Shown piece by piece: positions 44,665 to 58,574 of a stretch of 64,000 bases of DNA. This DNA comes from Eutreptiella sp. 'Long Island Sound 2002'. Taxonomy: Eukaryota > Protista > Euglenida. The translations under genes and the position numbers were made by a program. Position 1 is the first letter of the stretch. The number at the start of each line of letters is the position of its first letter. The stretch spans positions 78,740,001-78,804,000 of the forward strand of contig OZ038379.1 in assembly GCA_964036045.1 (NCBI GenBank), written 5' to 3'. The notes beneath the pieces were generated by a model that did no database searches, was not told the DNA's origin, and saw nothing but the letters and a program-made list of their open reading frames with translations.

Positions 44665-47600
44665 GTTGTGGACGTAGTGGTGAATGCTGGCGATGCGCAG
44701 CCGCTGCGCATTGCCTAGCGTGACCACAAGCAGGCACAGGAGCTGCCATTGGGCAGCCTCCACTGCTTGCTCGCAACGGATCCTGCTTTGGTTTGGTGGT
44801 GCTTTGGGGGTTGAGGGATTGGGAGCAGGGGAGGGTATGTTCGGAGGTCAGGATGGCCTCCAAGCAGTACAGGGCAGGGGGGTGGGCCAGGATGGCAGAG
44901 GTAGGGTTCACGGGAGGGGAGGATGGGGGGGTGTGGGCAGGGATGAGGGGGGGCAGGCAAGTGATGGAGAAGGAGAAAGCCAAGACAACAACAGCAACTG
45001 CAGGCAAACTGTGATCAGTAGAGCAAGGCAAATTGGCACATGGACTGAAAAGGGGTGGGAGAGGGCAAAAAGAGGGCTGCAGACCATAAGGATGGACAGA
45101 GGTGTTGTGTGGTAAAGTGCAACTAGACCGTTGCCGCATGCATCATTAATGGGACCTCAATGTGGAAGGAAAATTGACAGCCCTGCTGTGCAGGAAATAA
45201 ACAAGAACAATTACAAAGCCTTTTGACCAAATCTCCCAAAACCTCTCCCATCCCTGCATTGCCAAAACCAAATCATCGCAAAGCCATCCAAACCCTGTAT
45301 TGGATGGATACCTGCCCATAAATTGCATGTCTTCAGGAGTCCGACGGCCACCTACAAACCAGAAACATTGCAAAAATGAATGTTGCGCCATCACCTTTGA
45401 CAGGGTGTAATCCCCCTACAAAGCTACAATGCTGCACAATGGTACCCTGATGCAGACGGAGATCATGCAGTCTAAGGAATCCAACATCTGCGAATCACTA
45501 GGGCGGGGGGTTCTTCTGTGACAGTGGGGGAGGGATGTGCCAGGTTACTGGTTTGGAGGAGGAAATATGCAACAGACAAAATGTATGTCACAGCCATGAG
45601 AGGAATAGAAACACTAGCCATGGCTGAAAACAAAGCAGAATGTTACAAACATAAGCCCGCTCCCCTTTACCTCTACAATAGGCGCACGACCACATGACCT
45701 TACATTCTTAACCACAAAAAGTGTAGTGGAACAAATGGCATGGGGTCACCATACTTAGACAAGGCCCTGCTTGGCGCAAGGGGGGGAAAGGTAGAAGGTT
45801 CATCAGTCTCCTGGTGTCCAACATTCCACTGCAGGAGTGCCTTATTGAATTCTTGGCAATCACTTCACGTTGAATCATGCATTGGACAAGCAAGTGACCT
45901 CACTGACTGAGGCAAGGTGAAGAGCCTTATGAGCCCTTGCAAACCACAAATCCATGACTAATCACCAAAAAAGGAACTGAAATTCTATTGCCTTCAGCAA
46001 TGCACCTCGAAGAGAGAGGGCTGATGTTGAGGCTGAAAGGGTCGTTGGGAAGTCATACCCTGTGCAAGCAATGGCTAAATAAGCCCTTCCAAAATCAGGG
46101 AAAGAGAAAAGCAAAAATGGCTGCTTACGTCATCCCACTGTCACCAAATGATCATGCAAGCATGGCGCAAGAGTGCTGAGTGCCTAGGGGCCATGAGGGT
46201 TGCCTGGAAAATTGCCATTTTTCAATCCACCCATGCTAGCTTGAAAACCGGCTAAGTCCTTACTGGTGGGGTGAAGCACGGGACCTGCCATCAGTTGCGG
46301 GTCCATACAGAAGAAAAAAGCTCTCCGGGTCCCCACGACCCACAAGCTACACACCACACAACTTTTGCCCACCACAGTGTAAAAAACCCGAAACGTTGCT
46401 TTTAGAGGCTAATGCACACAATACTACTATCAACTAATTGGTGGTACACAGCCCCCCATGGGTTTATATGTACTTCCATTGTCACCAAATGACCACCAAA
46501 ACCCAACCGAAGTGTCCCTAGGGGCTGTCATATGTTGGCCCCAAAATTGAGGCTTTTCAATGAACCCAAGCCAGCCTGAAAATCTGGAAAACTTTGCACC
46601 GGTGGGGCCCCATAGGTGAGCCCATCAAAAGCCCACAAATAAAGCACAGGACCCCACCATTGGTTGCGGCATCCATAGAGAAGAAAACAGTTCTCCAGGA
46701 TCCCAACTGCCGCACAATGTCAGCTATAGGCCACATCACTTTTGTCCACGTTACTGTAAATACCCCTGAAACGCCGCCTCTAGAGGTCAATGTACATCAT
46801 CAGGGGGGGCTTAAATTAATGGCACACGACTCCCCACAGGTTTGTATGAACTCACATGGTCAATCCGAATCCTAAGAGGTCCAAATTTTGGATGATTTTT
46901 CATATTTGGTGTGAATTAGTCAAGTCCGAACTTCTTTCGCATGATTGTGTCATTATGTCTCCCCAATCCTAAGGAGATCCAATTTTGCATGATTTTTCAT
47001 ATTTTGGGGGGAGTTAGTCGGATCCCAACTCCTTTCGCGTTGTTATGTCATTGTGAGTCCCCAAATTTTGGATAGTTTTTCATATGTGGAGGGGTGTGTG
47101 TCAAACCTTGACTCCATTCCCATTATTATGTCATTATGTGTCCCCACTCCTTGGGAGATCCAATTTTGGATTATTTTTCATATTTTGAGGGGGAGTTATT
47201 CAACTCCCCTCGAACTAGGGAAAATCATCCAAAATTTGGATCTGCTTAGCATGGGGGACACATCATGACATACTGATGGGAAAGGAGTTGACATCTGACT
47301 ATCTCCCGTCCAAACATGAAAAATCATCCAAAATTGGATCTCATTTGAATCGGGGACAAATGATGACATAAAAACAGGAAGGGAGTTCGGACTTGACTAA
47401 CCCCCCCCCCAAATGAAAAACCACCCAAAATTAGATCTCTTTTGGATGGGGAAACATAATGACATAATAAAGTGAAAAAGAGTTAAGACTCGACTAACTC
47501 CCCTCCAAATATGAAGACTCATCCGAAATTGGACATCCTTGGCATTGGGTACACATCATGACATACTAGTGGAAAAGGAGTTACTAACTAGCCACCCAAG

Positions 47601-50600
47601 TATGAAATATCATCCAAAATTGGAACTCCTTAGGATTGGGGACCGAAAGACAAAATGATGGCAAAGGAGTTAGGACTTGACTAACTCCCCCACAAGTATG
47701 AAAAATCATCCAAAATTGGATGTCCTTAGAATTGGGGACACATAATGACAAAATAATGCCAAATAATGCGATAGGAGTTAGGACCCACATTAGATCTGCT
47801 TAGGAATGGGGGAAAATAATATGTTAATAATGGGAATGGAGTTAGCACTTGACTAACTCCCCCCTAAAATATAAAAATATGAAAAACCATCCAACATTAG
47901 GTCTATTTAAGATTGGGGACAGACAATAACACAACGATGGGAAAAGAGTTAGGACTTGACTGACTCCCCTCTAAACATAAAAAGTTATTCAAGTTATTCA
48001 AAATGGATTTGCTTGCGATTGGGGACACATGTTAAGGAGCTTGAATGTGACTCAGGTCCCCAAAAACATGACAAATCACCCAAAAGTGGATCTCCTTCGG
48101 ATTGGGGACACATAATGACATAATAATGGGATTGGAGTTCGGACTTGACTAACTGCCCCCGGAACATGGAAATCATCCAAAATTGGATCTCCATAGGATT
48201 AGAGACACAAAATGACATCATAATGGGAAAGGAGTTAGAACTTGACTAACACCCCCCCTAACTATGAAAAACCATCGAAAATTGGATCCCCTTAGGATTG
48301 GCTACACATAATGACAAAACAATGGGAAAGGATCTAGGAGTTAACGAACTCCCCCCTAAAATATGAAGAATCATAAGAAATTGGATCCCCTTGGGATTAG
48401 GGACACACAATGACATAATAATGCGAAAGGAGTTAGGAATTGGATACCCTACCCCCTAAAATATGAAATTTACTTAGGATTGGGGACACATGATGACATA
48501 ACAATGGGAATGGAGCCAGGACTTACTAACTCCCCTCCCAATATGAATAATCTCCTTCGGATTGGGGACACATGATGATATAACAATAGGAATGGAGTTA
48601 GCGCTTGGCTAACTGACCCCCCAAAAATGAAAAATCATACAAAATTGGCACCCCAGGGGATTGTACACGCATATCAACATAAAAAGGGATATGGAGTTAA
48701 CACTTGACTAACTCACCTCCAAAGTATTAAAATATGAAAAATCATCCAAAATTGAAACTCGTGAGGATTGGGGACACAGAATGACATACTAATGGGAAAC
48801 AAGGTAAGGACTCACCAACTCGCCCCTCAAAAAATAAAAGATGAAAAATCATCCAAAATGGAATCTCTTGAGGATAGGGAACACATCACAACATAATCAT
48901 GTAAATGGACCCCAGAGGATGGGACAAACATATCCACATTGGGGACACACCATGACATAACAATGGGAATGGAGTTAGGACTTTACTAACTCCCCTCCCA
49001 ATATGAATAATCTCCTTTGGATTGGGGACACATGATGTCCTAACAACAGGAATGGAGTTAGCACTCGGCTAACTCCCCCCAAAACATGGAAAATCATCCA
49101 AAATTGTATCGTGGGGGAGTTCGTCAAGTCCTAACTCCAATCCCGTTAATATGTCAATGTGTCCCCATTCTAAAGGAGATCCACTTTTGGATGATTTTCC
49201 ATATTTGTGGGGAAGTGCGTCAAGTTCTAACTCCTTTCCCATTATTATGGAATTATGTGTCCCTCGATTTTAAAGACATCCAATCTTGGATGATTTTTCG
49301 TTTTTGGAGGGGAGCTAACTCCCCCTGGAAAATGGAAATCACCCAAATTGGATCTTAAGGAGACACACAATGCTGCGAATGGAGTTACGACTTGACTAAC
49401 TCTCCCGAAATACAACAGAAGATCCATTGGATCTCCACATGATTAGGGACACATAGTGATAGAATAATGAAAAAGGAATAAGAAATTGACTCACTTCCTC
49501 ACAAATATGAAGAATCATACAAATCCGGATCTCCTTCGGATTGGAGACACGTGGAGGTAATAACGGGCACGGAGATAGGACTTGACTAACTCCCCCCGGA
49601 AAATGGAAATCATCCAAAATTGCATCTCCTTAGGATTGGAGGCATATAATAAAATAAGGATGCAAATGGATTTGCAACTTGACGAACTTCCCCCCGAAAT
49701 ACAAAAAACATCCAAAATTGGAATTCCATGTGATTAGTGACACATAGTGACACAATAATGGGAAAGGAGTCAGGTCTTGACGAACTCCCTTTCAAATATG
49801 AAAAATCCTCCCAAGTTGGATCTCCATGGGATTGGGGACACATAGTGGATTGGCGTTGGGACTTGACTAAATCCCCCTGGAATATGGAAATCAGCCAAAA
49901 CTGGATCTCCTTAGAATTGGGGGTACGGGAATCTTCTTGGACTTAGGGACAATTAATGACGTAATAATAGGAAGGAATGCAAACTTGACCATGTTTCCCC
50001 AAAATTAAAGAAAATCATCCAACGTTCATTGTCATTCGAATTGGGGATACATAATGACATAACAACAGAATTGCCCCCCCCCTCTCCCGCCGACCCCCCC
50101 CGCCCCAACTACCCCCGCAAGTTTTGACATATAGGTGGGGGGCAGGTCGCATCAAGACCGATTGTAGTTGCCCCCCCCCCCCCCCCCCGGTGGTCTTAAC
50201 CCCACTCCCATTCTTGTGGCGTTATGTTTGGCCAATCCTCAGGATATTGAGACATGGACGATTTTTTATATTTGTTCTGAGTTAGTCAAGTCCCAACTCC
50301 ATTCGCATGATCTTGTCAATATGTGTCCACAATGCCAAGGAGATCCCATTCCGATGATTTCTCATATTTCCGGGGGAGTTAGTTAACACCTAACTCCTTT
50401 CCCATTGTTATGTTATTGTATTGCCAACCCTCGAGAAATCCAATTTTGGATCATTTTTCATATTTGGGGGGAGTTAGTCCAGTCCTTACTGCTTTGCGAC
50501 TACCCTTTCATTACATGCCACCGATTGGGATCCAATTTCGGGTGGTTATTCATATTTGGGGGGGAGTTAGTCAAGACCAAACCCCTTTCCCATTATTATT

Positions 50601-51669
50601 TCATTGTTTGTCCCTAAACCTATGGAGATCCAATTTTGGATGATTCTTCATAGTTGTGGGGTACTAAGTCAAGTTCTTACCCTTCTTACATTTTTGGAGC
50701 CATTTCATCATGATTTCTCGCCAATCCGAAGGAGATCTAATTTTGGGTGATCTTTCATATTTTGGGGGGCGGGGTTAGTGAAGCTAGTCAACTCCATTCC
50801 CATTATAATGTCATCACCTTTCGCCAATTGTAGGGAGATCCAATTTTTGTTGATTTTCATATTTGGGGGCGAGTAACTCAAGTCTTAACTTGTCATTTGG
50901 GATCATGTCATTGTGTTGCCAATCCTAAGGATATTCATTTTTTGATGCTTTTTCATATGTTTGGGGAGTTGGTTAGGTCCTTACTCCTTTCGCGTTATTG
51001 TTTCATCATCTATCACAAATTCTCAAGAGATCCGATTTTGTACGATTTCTAATGTCTAGGGGGAGGGGGGGTTAGTTAACTCCAAACTCCTTTCGCGCTA
51101 TCCTGTCATTATGTATCTTGAATCCTACGGAGAGGCAAATTTGGATGATTTTTCAAATTTCTTTTGGGGGGCAAGTTAGTCAACTCCCAACTCTATTCTT
51201 GTCATTACGTCATTACTCCCCACTTCTAAGGAGATCCAAATTGGGATTGTTTTCATATTCCCGGGGGGAGTTGGTCAAGTCTTGACTCCATTCCCAGTAG
51301 TGTGTCATTATGTGCCCCCAAAGGTCAAAAGATCCAAGTTTGGATGATTTTTCTAATTTGGTAGGGATTTCGTCAAGTCTTAACTCCATTCCCATTAGTA
51401 GGTCATTATTGTGTCAACAAGGAGATCCCATCTGCACAATTTTTCATATTTGGGGGCGAGTTTGTCAACTCCTAACTCTTTTCCCATTGTTATTTCTCTG
51501 TGGCGCCAATTCTAAGGAGATCCTGTTCTCAATGATTTTTCATATTTAGGGCGCAGTTCGTCAAATCCTAACTTCATTCCCATTATTTTGTCATCATACT
51601 ATGTCCCTAATCCTAATGAGATGTGAATTTGGTTCATTTTTCATGTTTTGGGCAGAGGTAGTCAACTCC

Positions 51670-53621
51670 CAGGGGGGGGGGGTAGAAAAAAAATTCCTGA
51701 TACCGGGCTATAGCGTTATTTTCGCGGGGAAGGCCCGGGACCCCCACCCCCTGCGAAAATTTTTCCTTTACACATTTACCCAAAATTTCCTTTAAACGAA
51801 GCCGTTTCAAGGTGGATTTGTGGTTCATCATTGAAAATTTGTGATTCCAAGGTTGATGAGTAATTTCCTAACTTTCTAGGCCGCAAAGGGGTGTCCTTGC
51901 CTGCCTTTTTGCCCCGCCACCTCCACAAAACTTCGGTAACATTCTGTGCAGGCTGCCCCGGCTACCATGGCTAGGCGTGGCCAATCACAGGCCCCCGATT
52001 CCTAGGGCCGACTCACGGAGCGCCAGGTTCCCAACCCCCCAGCCCGCCGCCAATCCCCCTGCCCTGCGCCCTTCCCTTGAAATGTGGCGTGCTAGAATCC
52101 GCATTTCGCTCCTCGCGCATCCAAACGCACATTGTCGGGTGACTGGGCACTGCCGCGCATGGAACGTAGGGCAACTGTTCACCGGAGTCACTAATGCGGG
52201 CCGCTCCGGTACAGGGCGGGTCCACTTATTGAACCCCCATCCTGTCCACATACCTCCAATGGACCTTCTCATGTGCATGGCGCATAATTGGGTACTTGCC
52301 GCGCAATGCATTGGCATCTGGAACACCTAGCGGGAGTGCTCCTTTGCATTTCATTACAAGACTTAGGGGGAGACTGCTACTCTGCGACTCAATGGCACTT
52401 GTTTCAATGTCATTCTGCAAGTCACTGTCATGAGGAGGGGGATCGTTAGCCTCACTAGCCTGTGCGGGTGCTGCTGAGAAAAGCTGCGTCATGGCCAATT
52501 GGCGTTGGGGTTTCTGAGGTATGGATATACCGGCCCGGTGTTTCTTGCCTTGGCAATGGATGGCGAAATTCTGGGTGTCAGGTCCGTCCAAAATCGATAA
52601 CCACTCCCCACAAATACAATGCCACCCACTTGAAGTACGGTTCGCCCATGCCAGGTTCAAAGGGGAAGAAAGCAAAGGCGATGACATGTGATGAGGTCTA
52701 AGGCAAAGGGAACAATAGCACAAAAGGGGGTAAGGGGATGTAAAATAGTGACATGCTCATACATTCACCTACAATGGGGGAGTCTTTGCACTGCGCGCAC
52801 AGTGCGCGCTACTTTTAGACTATGTTCTCCCCGAAGAGCCCCCAAGCACACCCCTTGGAAATGCCCTTAGAATTATGTGACCCAAACTGCAAGTTGCAAT
52901 TGATTTTATAATGAAAACTGGCATCGGTCTGGCCTCAAGGATAGTCCCAAGCACTTCATGTGCACACTTTGACATGCAATGAAGTTGGTTAGCAATCTGG
53001 GGCAAGTAGGTTGGGCCAGACACAGGATATGGCTTGGCCAGCATGGCGAAGCAACTGAATTCAGAATCAGTTAAAAGGTAGGCCCACAATAAGTGGGTAA
53101 AACAATTGAGTATAGGGGTCCTGAGGTGGGAGACCACTAGGCTTAACCTACAAGGCCCAAGGCCCACCCCTGCATTCTGGGGGGTCCCCAACAAAGGGAA
53201 CAAAATCAGAAGTCAAAGTCTACGCTAAGGGTCACCATGATACCCCTAGGGGCCCCTAGTATCTCAAAGTATGGGTCTCTAGTACGGCTAGACGCCCAAA
53301 TAGTTGCACTGCGCTTGAGGCGCCCCCAATAACCCTCCCTTTACAAACAACCTCTCCTCTACACCACAAGACAATGCAGAATATCCACAAATACACGAAA
53401 ACAAGTTGAAATCATTCATTGTGAGCAATGTGACAAACTGTAATGCGGCCACATTCACTAATTTGCCGCACGAAATTTGTCGTCTTACACCTGGCAAAAA
53501 AAATTCCATATGCTATGAAAATACTGCGACAGTTTTTTTTTGGCAAGCAAGGCCCGGGACCCCAACCCCCCGCGAAAATTTTTTCCAGGCGCAATTTTTT
53601 TTTCCACCCCCCCCCCCCCTG
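51670..53621 (-). mobile_element. 1952-bp TIR DNA transposon (defective), CAGGG...CCCTG ends, 9-bp TSD GTCAACTCC
   Basis: TSD at 51661-51669 and 53622-53630; TIR cag(g)n t(a/g)gaaaaaaaatt; internal minus-strand remnant with a C2H2-like motif (CICG...HCQGKKH). Confidence 0.88.
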
Positions 53622-56039
53622 GTCAACTCCTGACCCCTTTCCCATTGTTCTCTCATTGTGTCGTTACTCCTAATGATGTCCAATTTTGGATGATTGTTCC
53701 TTGATGGGGGGGGGGTGGCAGGTAGTCGAGTCCCTACTCCTCTACGGTTCTTGTTTTAGCATATGTTGCCCATCCAAAGGAGATCTGATTTTTGATGGTA
53801 CTCCATATTGGGGGGGAACTTAGTGAAGTACTAACTACTTTCACGTTATTATGTCATTATGTGTCGCCAATCCCAAAGATATGCAATTTTGGAGCCAGTC
53901 AACTCCTAATTGCATTCCCAATATAATGCCACCATGTGTCCCCAATCCAAAAGAGAACCAATTTTACTTGGTGTTTCATTTTTTGGGGGGGAGGAGGTAG
54001 TCAAGTTCTTCTTCTTTTGGTGTTATTACATCACTATTTGTAGCCAACCCTGAGGACATCCAATTTTGGGTGATTTTTCATTTTTGGGGGCGAGCAAGTC
54101 AAGTCTTAACTCGTTGCCCATTGTAATATCACGTGTCCACCATCCTAAGGAGATCCAATTTTGGCTGATTTTGCATACCTGAGAAAGAAGTCTTAGCTGC
54201 ATTCCCATTGCTACGTCATAATGTGTCCCTAATCCTAAGGAGATCCAATTTTGGACAATTTTTGGAAATGGGCGGGAGTTCGTCAACTCCGAAATCCTTT
54301 GCCAGTATTGTGTCAATATGTGTCGCCAACCCTAAGGAGATCCAAGTTTCGATGATTTTTCATATTTTGGGGGCGACCTACCGATTTGTTTCACCATTCC
54401 TAAGGAGCTCGATTTTTGGATCATTTTTCACATTTGGGGGGAGTTGGTTAAGTTGTTATGGCATTGTGCCGCCAATCCCTAAGAGATCAATTGTGGATGA
54501 TTTGTAATATGCCTGGGGTGGCCAGTCAAGTCCTTACTACTTTCTTGATATTTTGTTACTATATGTCGCCAATTTTAAGGTGCTGCGATTTTGGACCATT
54601 TTTCATGTTCGGGGGGAGGTACTGAAGTCCTAACTCCTTTCTTGTTATGATGTCATTATGTGTCCCCAATCCTAAGGAGTTCCAATTTTGGATGGTTTTC
54701 ATATTTTGGGTGGGTAGTAAGTCAAGTCCTAACTCCATTCCTATGTCAGCATGTTTCGCCATTCCAAAGGAGATCCAATTGTGGATATTCTTTCTTTTTT
54801 TTGGGGAGGGGGTTCGTGGAGTCCCAACTCCATTACATTCAGAATGTCATTATGTGTCCCTAATGCTCAAGAAACCTAATTTCGGATGATTTTCTATTTT
54901 TTGCAGGCAGTTAGTCAAATTCTAACTTGTCTCCCGTTAAGATGTCATTCTGTTCCTTGGTCCTAAAGATGTCCAATTATTGATGATTTTGCATCTTTGC
55001 AGGGGATTTACCCGAGTACTAAATGCTTTCCCGCTATTTTTTCATGATGTGTCCCCATTCCTAAGAAGATCGAATTTGGCATGATTTTCTTTAGTTTGGG
55101 GGGTAGTTGGTCAAGTGCTAATTCCTTTTGATTGTTGTGTCATTATGTATTCCTAAGTCCAAGAAGATTCACATGTCCCCAATTCTAAGGAGATCCATTT
55201 TTGGATGATTTTCATGTTCCAGGCGGAGTTAGTCAAGTCCTAACTCCAATCCCGTTATTATGCCCTTATGTGCCCCAATCCCATGGAGATCCAATTTGGG
55301 AGGATTTTTCATATTTGGAGGGGAGTTCGTCAAGACCTGACTCCTTTCCTGTTATTATGTGTCCGTAATCACACGAAGATCCTATTTGAATGTTGTGTTG
55401 CATTTTGGGGCTCTCCCATTATTATGTCATAATGTGCCTCCAACCCTAAGAAGATCCAATTTTGGATGATCTCCATATTCCAAGGGGAGTTAGTCAAGTC
55501 CTAAGTCCAATCCCGTTATTATGTCAACGTGTCCCGAATTCGTAAAAGATCCAGGTGTGGACGATTTTTCCTATTTGTGGGGAAATGCATCATGTTCTTA
55601 CTCCTTTCCCGTTATCATGCCATCATATGTCCCCAATTCAAAGGAGAGTCAATTTTGGATGATGTTTGTCAATTTTTTGGGGGCAGTTGGCCAAGTCCTA
55701 ACTCCTTTTGATTGTTCGGTAACTCCATGAAGATTCACACGTCCCCAATTATGAGGAGATAGTTTTTTGGGTGCTTTCCATAGTGCGTTCCATAGTCTGG
55801 GGATGCTAGTCAAGTCCTCGCACCAATCCCGTTATTATGTCATATATGTCCGCCATCTGAACGAGATCCAATTTTGGATGATTTTTCATCTTTGGATGGC
55901 CGTTAGTCAAGTCCTAATTGCAGTCCTTTTTTTCTGCTAGTGTGTGTCCCCTATCCCAGGGACATCCAATTTGGGAGGACTTTTCATATTTGCATTGGAG
56001 TTAGTCAAGTCCCTACTTGGGGGTGTTGGCAACTCCGCC

Positions 56040-56306
56040 GGGGGGGGGGGTCCCAAAAGGGGGGGCTTGCGCGCGACCCACTACTACCACATGCATACCT
56101 CAAGGGTGTGTGTGTGTTTGGGGGAAAAGAGGTATGTATGCAATATCTCGTCTGTGCTAGGAACAAAGCCTTAAGGGTCTTAAGGACCAAGGCATAGTCC
56201 CCCTTCAACCAAGCATGCAACAAAAAAATTGGCGCCATGGCCCCCGCACCGCTACCTTTCAAACGTCAGGGGGGAGGGGGCGCATACGAGGACCCCCCCC
56301 CCCCCC
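56040..56306. mobile_element. Possible ~270-bp MITE with (G)nTCC...GGA(C)n ends at a satellite orientation switch
   Basis: gggggggggggtcc at the left and ggaccccccccccccc at the right; no TSD recognised. Confidence 0.45.
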
Positions 56307-58574
56307 TGTGGCTAAGACTTGACTTACTCCCAGCCAACTATAAAAAATCCTTCAAAACTGGATGTCCTTAGGATTGGAGACACATAATGACATGAGACAC
56401 GGAATGGAGTTAGGAGTTGATAGACTCCCCTAAATACGAAAAATTGTACAAAATCAAATCTCCCTAGAATTGGCAACGTATGATGAAATATGCATGCGAA
56501 AGAAATAACGACTTGACCAAATCCCCCAAAATTTGAAAAGTTGTGAACAAAGGAATATCCTTAGTATTGGCGATGCAACAACATAACCATGGGCAAAGAG
56601 TCAAGGGTTTGATTTGCAGGCGCCCAAGTATGAAAGATCATCGAAAATTGGATCTTGTTACAATTGGCAAAAGGCAATGACATATTCATGGGAATGGAGC
56701 TGATCAACTCTATTAAGCCCCCGCCTGCCCCCGAAAAGGTGTGAATGAAAATGTCCTTCGGATTGGCGGCAAGTAATGATGTAATAACACAAAGAGAGTA
56801 AAGAGGGTAAATACTTGACTAACCCCCCCCCCCAAAAATAAAAAATCAGCCAAATTGGATCTCCTTAGGTTTCAGGACACATAATACATAATTTGGCAAC
56901 ACGAGAACATATCAATGGGAACAAAAGGAGTTCAAAGTTGACTAAGTCCCCCCGAAATGTATGTATAATTTTTCACATTTGCGGATAGATAGATCCGGAG
57001 GTCCAATTTTCCATGATTTTCCATGTGGATCTCATTCGGATTGGTGACAAATAATGATGTAATAATGGCCAAGGTGTAAGGGCTTGACTGCCTTCCCCCG
57101 GAAAATCAAAAAAAACCCAAAAGTGGAGCTGCTTAGGATTGGGGACAAATAATGGCATAATGATGCGAAAAGAGTCGAGACTTGACTAACTCCCCTGCCA
57201 ACAATGAAAAATCATTCAAAATTGGATATCCTTAACATGGGTCAAAACATAATGACATAATGATGGGAATGGAGTTAGGACTCGACTAACTCCCCTCAAG
57301 TATGAAAAAATCATCTGAAATTGGATCTCCTTATGATTGGCGAAACATGATGAATTGATGATGAGATTGGAGTTTAAACTTGACTAGCTCCCACCCCAAA
57401 AAATAAAAAAACATCCAAAAATGGATTTCCTTAGGATTGGCTAAATATGATGACATAATAATGGGAATGGCGTTAGGGCTCTGACTATCTCGCCCCAAAA
57501 TATGAGAAATTATCCAAAATTGGACCTCCTGAGCATTGGCAACACATAATGAGGTAATAATGGAAAAGGAGTAAGACCTAGACCCAATACCCCCTAAATA
57601 TGAAAAATCACCTGAAATTGGATATCCTTAGGATTGGCGAAACATAATGAATTAATAATGAGAATGGAGTGAGGACTTCACTCCCCCCCCAAAATATCCA
57701 AATGTGAAAATCATCCACATTTGGATCTCCAGGGTAGTAGGGACCCATAATGACACAGGACTGTAGTTGGTCTTCTGACTAGCCAAATGACGTATTTTGG
57801 TGTACGACAGTGTGACCCCCAATGGCAGTAAGCATTATATGCAGATCAAAAATCATTCTAAAAGTGACAAGGATGGAATATGTGAAGCAGCACCGACAAC
57901 ACAAAGCCATACAACACGGCACCCATGCAACACAATGTTTCTTACAATAGACACGCCAGGGGAAATTTCGTCCACCTCTTGGTTGACCATTATTCTTTTG
58001 GTATACATTCCGACAGAAATCATTTTTGGAGTAAAGCTGGGGCAAACAACCCTAAGGTATGGAGTTAGCAAAAGCACATCATGAGGGAGCCAAACAAATT
58101 TCGTCCAGAAACCAAAATAGTCCATGTGCGGCCTTTATTTCAAGAAATTTTCACTTTTGGCAAAATTTCGTCTAGTAGCTTATATTACTCAAAATAACTA
58201 TAGCTTTTTGCTATGTATTGAAGGCTGGATGAAAATTCGTCCCGAAATGGCCATAATGGAACATAGACACATCAATTGCGTTCCCAACTGTGCACATGCA
58301 TAACGATAAAAACCACGTGTTTCATTACAGCATGTGTAAGAGCATTTATGAAAACACAACAAAGTAGGGGGTTCAAAAAGCACACAACTAATGCACGACA
58401 AAAGACACCAAACGGGGTCTAGAAGGGCTGGCAATTGGTGTGCCCAAAGTGACTAACATGCCCTGAATTATGAAAAATGATCCCAAATTGGATTGCCTTA
58501 GAATTGGGGACACATAATGACACAACAATAGGAATGGAGTGAAATTGAGTATCTTTCCCCTTTGCGGTTCACGT

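Larger units (their letters stand above)
35272..45115 (+). pseudogene. Spliced gene remnant of unknown function, split by the Mutator-like element (pieces 35272-36049, 44288-44482, 44665-45115)
   Basis: MSSGSSSGGG...KKKEKEGKRRR start, Cys/His-containing segments, sequence continuity across the 9-bp TSD, and a GT-AG intron at 44483-44664. Confidence 0.4.
46870..57760. repeat. Degenerate ~98-bp satellite field in alternating orientation blocks
   Basis: Unit gtcaagtcctaactcc...gtgtccccaatcctaaggagatccaattttggatgatttttcatatttggggggagtta. Forward ~46870-47215, reverse ~47215-50060, forward ~50190-56020 (interrupted at 51670-53621), reverse ~56310-57760; an isolated reverse unit at ~58460-58555. 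Confidence 0.9.

Noticed and set aside
44700-45115. RAG2-like partner gene
   Set aside because: No Kelch-type repeats or PHD pattern is visible, and it is in tandem rather than convergent orientation with the transposase.
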